Assembly: GCA_002269645.1 (NCBI GenBank)
Contig: NIVC01000525.1
Span: 518,395-582,394, forward strand
Origin: Macrostomum lignano
Lineage: Eukaryota
Length of the DNA stretch: 64,000 bases
Direction of reading: 5' to 3'
A program made the position numbers and the translations under genes. A model generated the notes under the pieces. That model was not told the origin of the DNA. It was given only the letters and a program-made list of their open reading frames with translations, and did not search any database. Positions 1 to 12,405 of the stretch are shown one piece after another. Each line of letters begins with the position of its first letter. Within the stretch, counting starts at the first letter, position 1.

Positions 1-1523
1 TGAGTATAGATTTTAATTGGCTAAAGATTTTGAGGAAAGCTGTAATGAAATTAGTTTATTTTGATCACCAGATTAAATGACAATAAATAATAATACACTT
101 TCTATTCTAAGTAGGCCTTTAATATATAATGTAGACTAGCTTTTTCTATTTTATAATTTTTAAATAAGCCTAAAACAAGTAATTTCAAGTATTTAGGTTT
201 AATCACCTAAGATATTTTATAAAAATATAGGCTTGTACATGTAGACCATATTGTAGATCATGTTACATGTATGCTGGAAAGTATTTGGCTATCTAGTAAA
301 GTGTATGCTAGTAAATTACACTAATTAAGCATTCTAGTAAATTGTATGCCACTAAAAATTGTGTGATTAAAGAGCACATAACCAATTCAACAAGTGATAG
401 ATGCACGCAGCAAAAATTGCTGCAAAAAAACAAAACCTATATTATTTAAAAAACAGAAATTATTAATAAAACAAAATTGTTCTATATACTATTGTTTTAG
501 GTATATTTTTTACTATTAACTATAGAAACTATAAGTATATTATTTAAGAAATTAATTTATTGCCAAAAAATTTAAAATTAATTTTACTACAGCAAAGCCA
601 AAGGATTCTTTAGTGTAATTTATGCAATTATAACACATACTTGAATGCTTTTGTACACTGCACCACAAGCTGGAACATGTATAGTTATAAATTATAAGCC
701 GATGATTGTGCCAGAAAGTTGCATTTCCTCCTTGTACACTACATATACACTAGCTAAAGCATTTGTACACCAGAATTTTCTGGCATATATTACACCTTCC
801 ACAGTATGGCATGTAGATGCAAGTCATTAAACTTTCATTGTATAATTAGCAAAAATTCAAAAGTTTATTTAGGCCTAATTCAAAAAATTAGATTTAGATT
901 ATCATTTTTTAAAAGCCAAAAATTTTTTATTTCATAACAAAAGTTTTGATCCATACTAATAGAAGCTAAAGAAGTAAATTTTATTCTAGCATACATTAAT
1001 TAGCACATGATCTTGACACTAGGTCCTTTAGTATATAACATAAGAATTGACAATAAAGGTCTATATATATACTTGTATTGTATAAATTCTATGCTACTGT
1101 TTATGGTCAAGAGTCAAGACCAGATCATTTTTACTCAATGGCAAACTTTAGCTAGAATTTAGTTCAAAGTTTTGAATTAGAAATAATTTTTAGCTAAAAT
1201 TTCTAGCTAAGGCCTACTTCTATAGCAAAAAATCCAAGCTTTCTGGTGAGGTGCATATAAACGGTGTAAGACCAAGATGGCCACACACCAAGATGGCCAC
1301 AGCTGGGGTGGGGGTCACGGAAAATGACAGCTGGTTTACTATTGGATAGCTTCGGGTGGGGAGATGTGGGGTTGCAATGGGGGGGTTTAGACAGGCAGTC
1401 AAAATTTTATTAGCATATTGCAGGGCTAAAGACAAAAATGGTTACGAGTCTTAATTTCCTACTTATAGTAGGGCCCTAAGAGGTATAAACGTATTTTGCA
1501 TTAAACAAATCTCTTCTTCATAT

Positions 1524-1820
1524 AAAATCTGGTGTAGCAAGCGTGGACAGAAACCGCTGAACTTCTACCTTCTGCTGGACCTGCTAGAGCGTGATGCTGA
1601 ACGGGTGCGACGGCTACAGCAGCAAGTTCACGGGGGCCAGGCTGTTACTCATCACCAGCAGGTGCATGCCAGGTACGCACAAGTGAATGCTGCCTTCGAG
1701 ACGCATTGCAGACATCTTAGAGAAAGTACACTTTCAATTGCGGCTTTTCTAAGGGCCTGCAGCCATCTGCACACTCAGCCTGTCTGGCAGGTACAGCAGC
1801 CTGCAGATGAGGAGGCTTAA
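1524..1820 (+). pseudogene. MULE-type transposase C-terminal remnant
   Basis: Frame reads KIWCSKRGQKPLNFYLLLDLLERDAERV...SIAAFLRACSHLH*, resembling the C-terminal helical region of invertebrate Mutator transposases (FYLL..LL..EA ... LRACSH). No catalytic DDE region present; lies 260 bp inside the left TIR. Confidence 0.55.
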
Positions 1821-1855
1821 AAACTCATCAACTACCCAAGCCGCCCGCCCAAATC

Positions 1856-2385
1856 TATTGCCATTTCAGATCATAACGAGTTAAAAAAGCCAAAAAATCC
1901 GCACTTACTTAGTTGCTGCACCCATTGCTATAATTTGCTTGAACTTTGTCATCTATCCATGCCACCCGTACCTTATTGCCATTTCAGATCATAACGAGTT
2001 AAAAAAGCCAAAAAATCCGCACTTACTTAGTTGCTGCACCCATTGCTATAATTTGCTTGAACTTTGTCATCTATCCATGCCACCCGTACCTTATTGCCAT
2101 TTCAGATCATAACGAGTTAAAAAAGCCAAAAAAATCCGCACTTACTTAGTTGCTGCACCCATTGCTATAATTTGCTTGAACTTTGTCATCTATCCATGCC
2201 ACCCGTACCTTATTGCCATTTCAGATCATAACGAGTTAAAAAAGCCAAAAAATCCGCACTTACTTAGTTGCTGCACCCATTGCTATAATTTGCTTGAACT
2301 TTGTCATCTATCCATGCCACCCGTACCTTATTGCCATTTCAGATCATAACGAGTTAAAAAAGCCAAAAAATCCGCACTTACTCAT
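1856..2385. repeat. 118-bp tandem repeat, about 4.5 copies
   Basis: Unit TATTGCCATTTCAGATCATAACGAGTT... restarts at 1856, 1974, 2092, 2211, 2329; near-identical copies, no spacers. Confidence 0.95.
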
Positions 2386-3079
2386 TTGTACTGCACCCAA
2401 TATAGCCCTGGAGCATATTTAAGAATCACCGTGCACATTTCTTGCCAGATATTACACTTTGTTTTACGCTCAAATTTGGGATAGGGGGTTCATTGCGTCG
2501 CACTTACAGAGCAAACAGCCTTTACTGGGCTAGTCACTGCATGTATGTGTGACTCAGTGCACTTCTGCCTCCGTAATTCATCATCATCCCCATCATTATG
2601 CATGATATTATATGAGCTACGTATACGAGCTATTAAAATGCAGATATGAGATACCTTTTGCACCCAAGTTTGCAGAACAGCTAGGCCTGATGAAAGATTT
2701 CATAGAAAAACAATTTATTCATTGCTACAAGCTGTTGTCAATCCGTTGGTATCTAGAAATAATATGAAATATCGTGAATGGGTGGCAACTGATGCAGTGT
2801 TTTTATTTTTGATTTCCACTTCTATTGAGTTCACATATGAGCCGTATTAATTTGTTTAAGTTGAATACAAAAGGTAGGTGGGGTTGCTTTCAATTCAAGC
2901 TTGAATGAGCAAAGACTTAATTTATGGTCACGGATTGTTACACTCAAGCCAACCCTAGAGCAACTTTTTTTCAATTGTGGCCTGTACTGATACGATACGA
3001 TTGGAAGTCATAAATAGTCTAAATAACTGACTGGCTTGCGTGGAGATAAAAGTCTATCTATATAAAACAGCTCACCTCA

Positions 3080-5420
3080 AATCAGCCATATCGTTATTTT
3101 AAAGGAGAATAAAGGGGGAGAATCGAGAGGACAGGAAGAGAGGGGAAGGGAGAGAAGAGAGATGAGAGGAAATAGAAGAAGGGAGAAGGGAGAGAGTAGA
3201 AAGGAGAAGAGAGATGGGAGAGCAGGAGAGATGAGAGGGAGGAGAGAGTAGAGAGGGGAGGTGAAAAAGTAAAGGGGAGAAAGTTGAGAGAAGAGTTGGG
3301 AGAGTTGGGAAAAAAGAGGAGAGATGTTAAAGGAGAGTACAGATGAGAGATGAGAGAGAGGAGATAAGACAGGAAATAAATAATAGGAGAGAGGGTCGAG
3401 ATGATAGAGGAGAGAGAATTGAGAATTTCGCACTGACCTACGAGGTGCGAACAAACACGAGAAATCAAACTGAAATTTGCTAATTTTAACAGTCCCAGAC
3501 TTCCATTGTTCCTACAAAATTTTAAACAGCGGGGCAGGACCTCCTGCGGGGCAGACCCATGGAAATTTTCCGGTTTCCAAGATAATATTGACTTATAGGG
3601 AATAAACACATACCGTACGAGCTCAAATTTGAGCTCAAAGTTCGAGCTCAAATCCTAGATATTTAAACATCGCCACATGAGCACGGAGTCACAACATAGT
3701 TTGAATATAATGGAAAGCGCACGTAAATAAGCGAAAAGCGGTATCCAACGGGGCAACACGAGCAAACTTTCAATACGCTAATTGGGAGGGGATTAAGCAA
3801 TCACGGGCTGACTACCATTTTGCCACTCAGCGGGGGGTCGAACGGGAGACTAACTCCTAATAAATAAATTTTCTCAGTTCTATAATCTTTAATGGCATGA
3901 CACGGCCTTCACACATGGGGGCTCCAAGGCCTCCACGCTCCTTCCAGTGATTTTTTAGAATAGTTTTTGGCTCTTAGCAAAGACAGTGCACTGCCCCCAT
4001 CCACCAGAAGGTGGGTGGGCACATTCCAATTCTACAACAATATCTCTCCCGCGTTGCCTTCTAGCTGGCCTCAGCTGGTACAAGTCGGGACTTTTTCAAA
4101 CATAGGCTTCTTTCCTATGTTTGCTATCTATCTTTCCTATCTTTCCTTCTTTCCTAAGGGGAGAGAGTGGAGACCAGAGATAAATGAGAAGAGAGAGCAA
4201 AGATGAAAGAGAAGAGAGGTGAGGGAAGATCGACGAGAGAAGATGGGAGAGAGGAGATGGGAAAGAAGAGAAGAGAAGAGAGAGAGAGAGAAGAGAGAGA
4301 GAGGAAACAAAAGAGAAGATAGAAGTTTCAAAGGATCCGAGGGACAGAGAGAGACAGGAGGCCAGAGATTTTGCCGATACATGTTTTCGAAAGACAAGTT
4401 TTTGTTTGAGTATGACTTCAGATTTTAGAACTAGATATAAGCTGAGCTGAGAGAGAAGATGAAAGTAGAGGCTGAGAGTAGAGAGAGGCTGAGAGCAGAG
4501 AGGGGCTGAGAGCAGAGAGGGGCTGAGAGTAGAGAGGGGCTGAGAGCAGAGAGGGGCTGAGAGCAGAGAGAGGCTGAGAGCAGAGAGGGGCTGAGAGCAG
4601 AGAGGGGCTGAGAGTAGAGAGGGGCTGGGGATAGAGGTTGAGAGTGGATAAAGGCTGAGAGTAGAGAGAGGCTGAGAGTGGAGAGGCTGAGAATAGAGAG
4701 GTTGAGAGTAGATAGAGGCTGAGAGTAGAGAGGTTGAGAGTAGAGAGGCTAGTTCACGTTGTTCTCAATCCCATTCCACTATACATGTAGTTTTTATCTA
4801 ATGTGACTAAGCCAGGTGCTTTTAGTGCAGGGGTTGGCAAACTTTTTACCTCGATTGAGAACCCAGCTCATGACTGCCCTTCTAGTCCGCTTCGTTGGCC
4901 CCCAAAGCGAAGCGAGGAGTCCTGATGACAGAGTGGGCCAGAGATGAGGAGAGAGGGTAAGGAATAGAGAAGAGAAATACAAGCATAGGATAAAGGAGAG
5001 GCGAAGGAATAAAGGAGAAGAGAGTTGATGAGAGGAGAGATTAAATACGAGCGGAGAGAGAGGAGAAGGGAGATTAATGGAGAGGAGAAAGGAGGAAAGG
5101 GAAAAGAGAATGAAGAGGAAAAGGAAGATGAGAGCAACGAAGTGAGGAGAGAGGAGAGGAGAGAGGAGAGGAGAGAGGTGGGGAGAGGAGAGAGGAGAGG
5201 TGGGGAGAGGAGAGAGGAGAGGGCAGACATGAGAGAGAAAAGATGAGAGAAGAGGGCAGACATGAGAGAGAGAATAGATGAGAGAGGAGAGGGCAAGAGA
5301 TGAGAGAGGAGAGGGCAGAGATGAGAGAGAGAGAGAAAAGATTAGAGACGAGAGGGCTGAGATGACAGAGAAAAGATAAGAGACGAGAGTGCAGAGATGA
5401 GAGAAAAGATGAGAGACAAG
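3080..5420. repeat. GA-rich low-complexity tracts, including a 17-bp GCTGAGAGCAGAGAGGG tandem array at about 4440-4750
   Basis: Purine-rich tracts at about 3080-3425, 4160-4330, 4440-4750 and 4930-5420; the overlapping Ser/Leu or Arg/Glu ORFs are compositional artefacts. Confidence 0.9.
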
Positions 5421-8400
5421 AGGGCACTCCAATTTTTGCTTACTTCTATCATAACTAATACCTTTACCCTCTACCTTTAACTTTTTTAACATATACAAAA
5501 AACATGTCAGTTTTAGTATATTGAGATAGGTTTGAAACTATTATCCATGAAACAAAAATCAAATGTCTTGTGCTAGTAGTGCTACTAGCTTTAGTAGGTA
5601 GTAATACCTGCTGTAAAGGGAAGTGTTTTTTGTTTTACTTAGTCTAATTTCACCAACGAAATCTGTTTTCTCCGAGACTTGAAGCTATGTCATACCCCAC
5701 CCCAATCACAGCCAATAGGAAATGAGGAAATATATAGACCTATTCATATCCAAGCAGCCATTCAGAGCTGTGGCCATCTTGGTGTATGGCCATCTTGGTC
5801 ATGCGCCATATAAACCTATGAATTACTAACAGTCATGACTGCCATTTCTCTATCCTTATTATCCCTATTAACAATGGTTATACTTAACATTTATTTTATT
5901 TTATTCTTAGTTGATCTAGAAAGCCTAGACCTTTATTGCTATATTTGTGCAGGGCCCTTCTCGATTCTTTTATAAAATTGATAATCATATAACTCATTTT
6001 GAATGCGTGCCAAATCTAGGAAAACACATTGTTATAATACACATATTTTTCATAATATTTTACACGAACTAATTTTTGTTTAAACTAGCAGTAAATTTTA
6101 GTATAAATAGAAGCATTTTTGACAGAGGAGAGAGCAACCTCGTGCACCGCGGTTTGATAATAAGACAGTTAATAGCAAATAGTAAGAGTTCCGAGTAAAT
6201 GTTATTGAAGATTGTTTTCCAAGTTATTCATTTGCAGAAGAGAAGTGAAGTAGCAGAGAACACATATAGTATATACTACTGAGAAGTAGAAATAGTAAGA
6301 GAATACAAAGTAGATCCTAAATCAATATATATAAAAATAACCAGAGGCTATGACCCTCTGATCTTGGTAACACCTAGGATTAGAAGTACATGCAATACAT
6401 ATACCAGTAAGCCAATATACCGCTCAGGCCAGAATAACAGTAAACGCTACTAGAAAAATAGCAAACGCAACGCTATGGGAATAACAAGATAATGATACTT
6501 GTAAGAGTTAAATAGTATTCTAAGAACAATATACTCAATAAAATTTCTACAAAAGAAAAACCTACTATTAACAGAAATAGGCAATGATGTAGTCCTATTA
6601 ATATTCTATTCTAGGCAATTCTAAGCAATAGAATAAAAGGTGGCTTTGGTTCTGAGAAAACTGTATGCTTGTATATACCATATCACTCAGTTCAAGCCGC
6701 TCAACTATATATATCCAAAATTAATTTATATATGCCGTCGGAGGATATGATGTTGAGGATCTGTTGTTCACATAACTGCCTATATGCCTATGCAAGAACG
6801 CATTCGAAGAAAGCGTAGGTTAATTAGGTATTAAACCTTTTTTAAATTTACAATTTAACTCTTATTTTGACCAATTAAACAAACGAACTTCTTTTAAATT
6901 ACAATTTAGTGTAGACACAACCCATGTAACCCTTTTTTATTGAAATTACTAACAAAATTGAGTCTAGATTACCAGATTAAATTACTAAATTGCCAAAATT
7001 ACCAGAAATGGGACTTTTTTCACAACAAATCCATCTGAAATTGAAACGAACAGAAATAATTGGCAAAACATCTTGATCGAATGCATCAGAGAATTCTGAA
7101 ATGTAAACAGCAGTAAAAACAACAAAAATGTGATAACTACACCATTCTGTGGCTCTGTGCACTCATGCATGATGCGCCGTCTAGATATATTGGATCGAGC
7201 TGTGCGCGATTGATCAGAGCTTATAAATTTGATCGGCCCTTGATGAAATCATAGCCATCGCATCTTGCGACGTGAAATATTCTTAACTACAACAACAAAA
7301 ACAAAATACTTTTACTGCCAGCCACTCAGTCGCCAGAAAGGGGGAGAAGTCAGAGAGCACGTTGTTGGGACATATAGAGCTCCTAAAATTAATTTATTTG
7401 CACCTTGGTGTAAGTAAATGCCACTACCTCCAAGTAGTCAGGGCATGAGCCGCGCTTAACTGCTGCGGCGGCCCAACAGCCGCAGGACCAAGCGGGGGCA
7501 GCGGAGCGAGCGTCGGCGTGTTGAGCGTCGGCGTGAGCAAAATCGGCGCGGTCGGCAACGTGGTGCTGCTCGTCGAGCTGCTGCCGCTCTTGCCCATAAG
7601 GATCCTCTGGGTGGCGCCAGGGATCGAGAGGCTCATTTACATCGAGCCCCAGCCGTACGACAGGGCACGCTTCGGGTCGGGACCCTGAACTGCCGCACTC
7701 TCAAGGCCGCCTGGCGGAGAGGGGCTCTGGCAAAGCTAGCGCTCGACCTAAGCAGTGACGTCATCACACTGCAGGAGGTGTCTATCAAGACTGACCAGGG
7801 CTTCACTTTGAGGATCTGGGCGCCGGATGGACCCTCTATTACACATCGGCGGACCAACGAGGCCGTGGAGGAGTTGGAGCGCTGGTTGGACCGAGGCTGC
7901 AGCAGAGCTGTCGCTGCGTCTCTCTGTCTCCTCGGCTGCTCCGGGTCGACGTTTGGCTTCGCGGCCGGAACGCTCGCCTGTTCTGCGCATACGCGCCTCC
8001 TGCCACCCGACCTGACGAGGCTCAAGAATTCTTTGAGCAGCTCTCGGTACAGCTGGAGGCAACGGCGCAGCGCGACACAGTGATAATCCTCGGAGACCTG
8101 AACGCGGTTTTGCGTAGGTCCGAGCGGTCACTTTTCATCACACCGCGTGAGAACGGAAACACCGGAGAGCTGGAGGACTTCCTAGAGAGGCAGGACATGG
8201 TGTCGGCCAACACCCGCTTCCGCAAGCCGCTGGGCAGGCTCGCAACTTTTGTGGGCTGCAAGCGCAGGCGGAGGAACGCGCGTGGCCGGAACGCAACACG
8301 GAGGCAGGCACAGATCGATCATGTGCTGGTGTGCTTCCGCGAGCGCCGCCGCGTCGTCAATTGCCACGCCATCACACCGCTGGCTCTGCGTTCCGATTGT

Positions 8401-8659
8401 CGTATCGCGTGACTCAGCGGGTGTACATTGAGTACAATCGCTGTTTTATTTTATTGATTGACTGACAATGCTTCATTGAGCGTGACTAGTGTGTGCGTTA
8501 TTTGAAAACCCCTTGTGCTTTTATGCATCAATTATTCTTACGTTCGCTTGTACCAAAAATATAAAAGTCGTCTAGTGAGCTTAGAGCTCAATACTTTTTG
8601 ATTTCTCGCACTAACCACTATAGAGCTGTTTTAGTGGCGACGAGGATTGTGGCTGAGCA

Positions 8660-9420
8660 ATGCCTAACCACGCAATCGGAGAATATGAGGACTCCGAGGA
8701 AACCTGGGATGAGTACCAGGAGCGTCTGGAGCAACATTTCCTGGTACAGGACATCACCGACGAAAGTAAAAAGAGGGCCACCCTGCTGAGCGTCTGCGGT
8801 AGGAAAACCTTCTAGTTGGCCAGAAGCCTCTGCTCTCCAGCCAAAGTCGCGGACAAATCCTATGCCGAAATATGCGAGCTGCTGAGCGCTCATTTCAACC
8901 CAAGGCCGAGTGAGATCATTCAGAGGTTCCACTTCAATAACCGAGTTCAGCGCCCTGGAGAGTCGGTGGCAGAGTTCCTTGCGGAGCTGCGGAAGCTGGC
9001 GGAGTTCTGCAATTACGGCGGCAGCCTGTCTGACATGCTGCGCGACAGGCTGGTGTGCGGCATTGCGGACCAGCAAATCCAGCGCCGGCTCCTGATGGAG
9101 GCCGAGCTGACCCTCGAAACTGCCAAACAGATCGCGCAAGCGGGCGAGTCAGCAGCAAAAAACTGTCAATCGCTGGGCTCAGCAGAACCTGCGACAGCGA
9201 CATCGGCATCGTCAGCGACAGAGAGCGACTCCGTGCTTCGAATGGAACGACAGCGAGCGCAAGACAACCGTCAGTCTGGAATAGAAGGCCGGCGGCTCTG
9301 TTTCCGCTGCTTGTAGACTCGCCATCCGGCAGCCATATGTCCCTTCGCGGACAAACGCTGTTTCAACTGCAGCAAAATTGGGCACACCGCGAAGGCATGC
9401 AAGGCGGGGACACAGCACCA
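8660..9420 (+). pseudogene. Gypsy gag with in-frame stops
   Basis: ATG 8660; WDEYQERLEQHF...QRFHFNNRVQRPGESVAEFLAELRKLAEFC...LRDRLVCG; two Cx2Cx4Hx4C motifs (CFRCL*TRHPAAIC, CFNCSKIGHTAKAC); TAG stops at 8813-8815 and 9314-9316. Confidence 0.88.
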
Positions 9421-9552
9421 GCCAATGCACCAGCTGGTTGACCAGCAGCCTTCAGACAGCAGCTCAGCTCAGGCCGCCGAGCCGCCCAGCCCAGCCGAGG
9501 TCGCTTATCCCTTCTGGGTGCTGACCGATCGCAGGCCAGGTTTCCTCCAATC

Positions 9553-10541
9553 GTGACCTCTGTCTTCATCGAGGAGAAGCGATTCGAGATGGAGGTAGAC
9601 ACGGGGGCATCCGTATCGCTGATGTCCGAACGTACATTCAAGGAAAACCTGGGAAGCCGATGTCTCTGTCTGCGTCAACGGTTCAGCTTAGTACGTACAC
9701 CGGTCAAACCGTCCGTGTTCTCGGTCAGCTCTTCGTACGCGTGCGAGCTTCGCAAGGTTCGGCCGAGGAACAGCTGCCGCTGCTTGGTTGTCGCCGGTTG
9801 TGGTCCGAGCCTCCTTGGTCGAGACTGGCTAGACCGCCTGCGGCTGGACTGGCAATCTATCAAGCGGATGGAAGAAGCTGATGCAGCCAAGGAGTTGCTA
9901 CAGGAGTTCTCAGAAGTCTTCCAAGGTCTGGGCGAGTTCAGCGGCAAGCCGGTGTCCATCAGTCTGAAGGAGAACGCCAGACCAAGGTTCTGAAGGGGGG
10001 GGGGCGGTACCGTTTGCGCTGCGCGAGAAGGTTGAGCAGCAGCTGCAGAAGGAAATCGACCAAGGAATCCTGGTGCCGGTCAAAAATTCCAACTGGGCGT
10101 CCCCGATCGTGCCGGTAATGAAGTCCGACGGCAGCGTGCGCATCTGCGCTGATTTCAAGCAGTCGGTCAACGCAGCTATCCGGCCTGAGGCTTACCCGCT
10201 GCCGAACATCGACGAGCTGTTTTCACGCTTGGCTGGCGGTAAGAAGTTCTCAAAACTGGATCTGAGCTAAGCATTTTCGCAGCTTCCCCTGGATGAGGAT
10301 GCTCAAGAGCTCTGTACCAACAACACCTCGCTGGGACTTCTTCGCTACACCCGTCTGCCTTTCGGCGTGTCGATCGCCCCCAGCGTGTTTCAGCGGGTGA
10401 TGGACAGCTTACTGCAAGGAATTCCGCACTCTGCATCCTTCATCGATGATGTCATCATCACAGGCGAAGACGACGCCAGTCACCTCCGCAACCTGAGAGC
10501 AGTTCTGAAGGTCTTCAAGGAGTCCGGGCTGACCTGCAAGC
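9553..10541 (+). pseudogene. Gypsy pol fragment (aspartic protease and RT N-terminal half)
   Basis: MEVDTGASVS protease motif; WASPIVPVMKSDGSVRICADF, YPLPNIDELF, LPFG, SFIDDVII RT motifs; frameshifts and stops. Confidence 0.9.
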
Positions 10542-11932
10542 TCGCTGTTTTATTTTATCGATTGACTGACAATGCTTCATTGAGCGTGATTAGTGTGTGC
10601 GTTCTTTTAAAACCCTCTTGCTTTTATGCATCAATTATTCTTACGTTCGCTTGTACCAAAAATATAAAAGTCGTCTAGTGAGCTTAGAGCTCAATACTTT
10701 TTGATTTCTCGCACTAACCACTATAGAGCTGTTTTACCGATCATCGACTCGTCGTCTGCGACCTTCGTCTTCGCGATCTGCTCTACCGTCCGCCGAAGCG
10801 GCCACCGCGGCGCTATTACCGGGCGCTCAAGGATGCCAACACGCACAGCCGCTTTGCTAGCGCTTTCATCACTGCGCTCGACGGTAAGCGTGGAGGTGCC
10901 GAGTACGCGGAGGTGTGCGCTGCAGTTCGAGCCGCCGCGGAACAAGCAGTCCCGCTGATGCGACCGGCCCAGCGGGAGCAGCCGGAATGGCAAGACGACC
11001 GACCCCGCGATTCGGCTAGCGAGGGAAGAGCTAGAGACACTCCGTTTGAGCAGGCGACCAACACGCGAGGCAGAGGAGGCCTTGGCGGCTGATGCCAGAG
11101 GCCGCGTGGCCTGGTCGGCTATCAATGCTCTGACGGGGCGAAAGCGGCGCATTCCGCTAAACCTGGCAGGCGACTCCGAGGACGAGCGCAGAAATGAGCT
11201 GCGTGAGTTCTTCGCCGCCATTGTCAACGCGCTGCCACCCCTCTGCCAGACAGTCTGACGCTGCCGCCGGAGATGCCGTTGCCGGCAGAGGAGAGCTTCA
11301 GCCTAGCACCAGTCAGCCCAGCCGACGTTGTGAGGCTCGCCAACAGTCACTGGGCGGGAAAGCGCTGGGTCCGGAAGAGGTGCCCATCGAGGCGCTGCGC
11401 ATCCACTGTGGGGCCAGTGAGGTCGCCAGAGTGATAAATCGCGTGCTCTTCGGTGAGGAGGCACGCAACGAATGGACCATGGCGCACATCGTCGCAGTTC
11501 CCAAGAAGCCGGGCACCACGAGGCTTGAGGAGAATCGAGGTATCTGCCTTTAGTCCTGCGATGCGAAGTTGTTCAACCGGATGCTCGGATACGCCAGTCG
11601 ATCCTGATTGTTACCTTCATAGATTTTAAGAAGGCATTCGACTCGGTCGTCAGGTCTGTGCTCCCAAACGTACAACGTGTCAGAGCAGCTAATTTCCGCC
11701 ATCATGGCGATGTACTGTGATAGGAAAGCTTCTGTTTCAACACCGGAGGGCCTATCGGACTTCTTTGAGACATCCTCCGGGGTGATTCAGGGAGATCCGC
11801 TTGCGCCGTTCCTGTTTGTTCTGGTGCTTGACTGGGTGCTGCGGACTGCTCTTCTTACCAACGACGACGGCTTTCTGTTGCGGCGACGCGTGGGTCGACG
11901 TCAGCCGGAGAGGCGGCTCAGCGTGCTTGGCT

Positions 11933-11985
11933 CAAGGACAACTTAAGTAGATATACGAGCGTATATGTTACTTGAGTAGTCCTTG
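11933..11985. mobile_element. 53-bp hairpin MITE with 8-bp TSD
   Basis: CAAGGACAACTTAAGTA...TACTTGAGTAGTCCTTG (15/17 inverted match) between perfect direct repeats GCTTGGCT (11925-11932, 11986-11993); removal restores the LINE RT motif SVLGYADD. Confidence 0.88.
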
Positions 11986-12178
11986 GCTTGGCTACGCCGA
12001 CGACCTCGCCCTGCTGTCCTCAACTGTCGAGGGCGCCCAGCGACAACTGGACAAGCTAGTTGCTGTTGCAGTGAGTGTCGGCCTTGTGGTCAACACACAG
12101 AAGACCGTCGTGCTCTGCGTGCCGGACAACATCGAGGCAGCAATTTTGTGCCGAGGCTCTGATGGACAGGCGACAGAG

Positions 12179-12405
12179 TGTTGTATATTGACAGAGAACA
12201 CACTTGGCGCAAAGACACAGTATGCCCCGAGTCGATTGTTTTATTGTCTAGGGCAAAATCTATTATTTTATAATAAAGTAGTTACGACACGCATCCCAAG
12301 AGGAGTTAATCAAGCGGAGCAATACGAAAGCTCGAACCGCTTAAGTGAACTTTTGTCTTCCTTACTTAAATGTAGTAGCTCCAGGTCGGAGTAGAAGACG
12401 TAACA
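12179..12405. mobile_element. Solo LTR, 227 bp
   Basis: TGTT...AACA termini, 5-bp TSD CAGAG (12174-12178, 12406-12410), internal AATAAA; removal restores LINE sequence GQATELPRCQQF. Confidence 0.88.

Larger units (their letters stand above)
1263..5807 (+). mobile_element. Mutator-like (MULE) DNA transposon, internally deleted, non-autonomous
   Basis: About 42-bp imperfect TIRs (left GGTGTAAGACCAAGATGGCCACACACCAAGATGGCCACAGCT at 1263-1304; right reverse complement GGCGCATGACCAAGATGGCCATACACCAAGATGGCCACAGCT ending 5807), flanked by direct repeat ATATAAAC (1255-1262 and 5808-5815; CATATAAAC if read as 9 bp). Contains a transposase C-terminal remnant. Confidence 0.75.
8398..10736 (+). mobile_element. 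Ty3/Gypsy LTR retrotransposon (Mag-like), internally deleted
   Basis: 5' LTR 8398-8633 starting TGT, truncated 3' LTR 10542-10736, TSD CCGAT (8393-8397, 10737-10741), PBS TGGCGACGAG at 8635-8644, gag with two CCHC knuckles, protease DTG, RT to FIDD; RNase H and integrase absent. Confidence 0.93.

Noticed and set aside
1856-2385. CRISPR-like array
   Set aside because: Units are contiguous and identical with no unique spacers, there are no cas genes, and the context is eukaryotic. The same applies to all other arrays.
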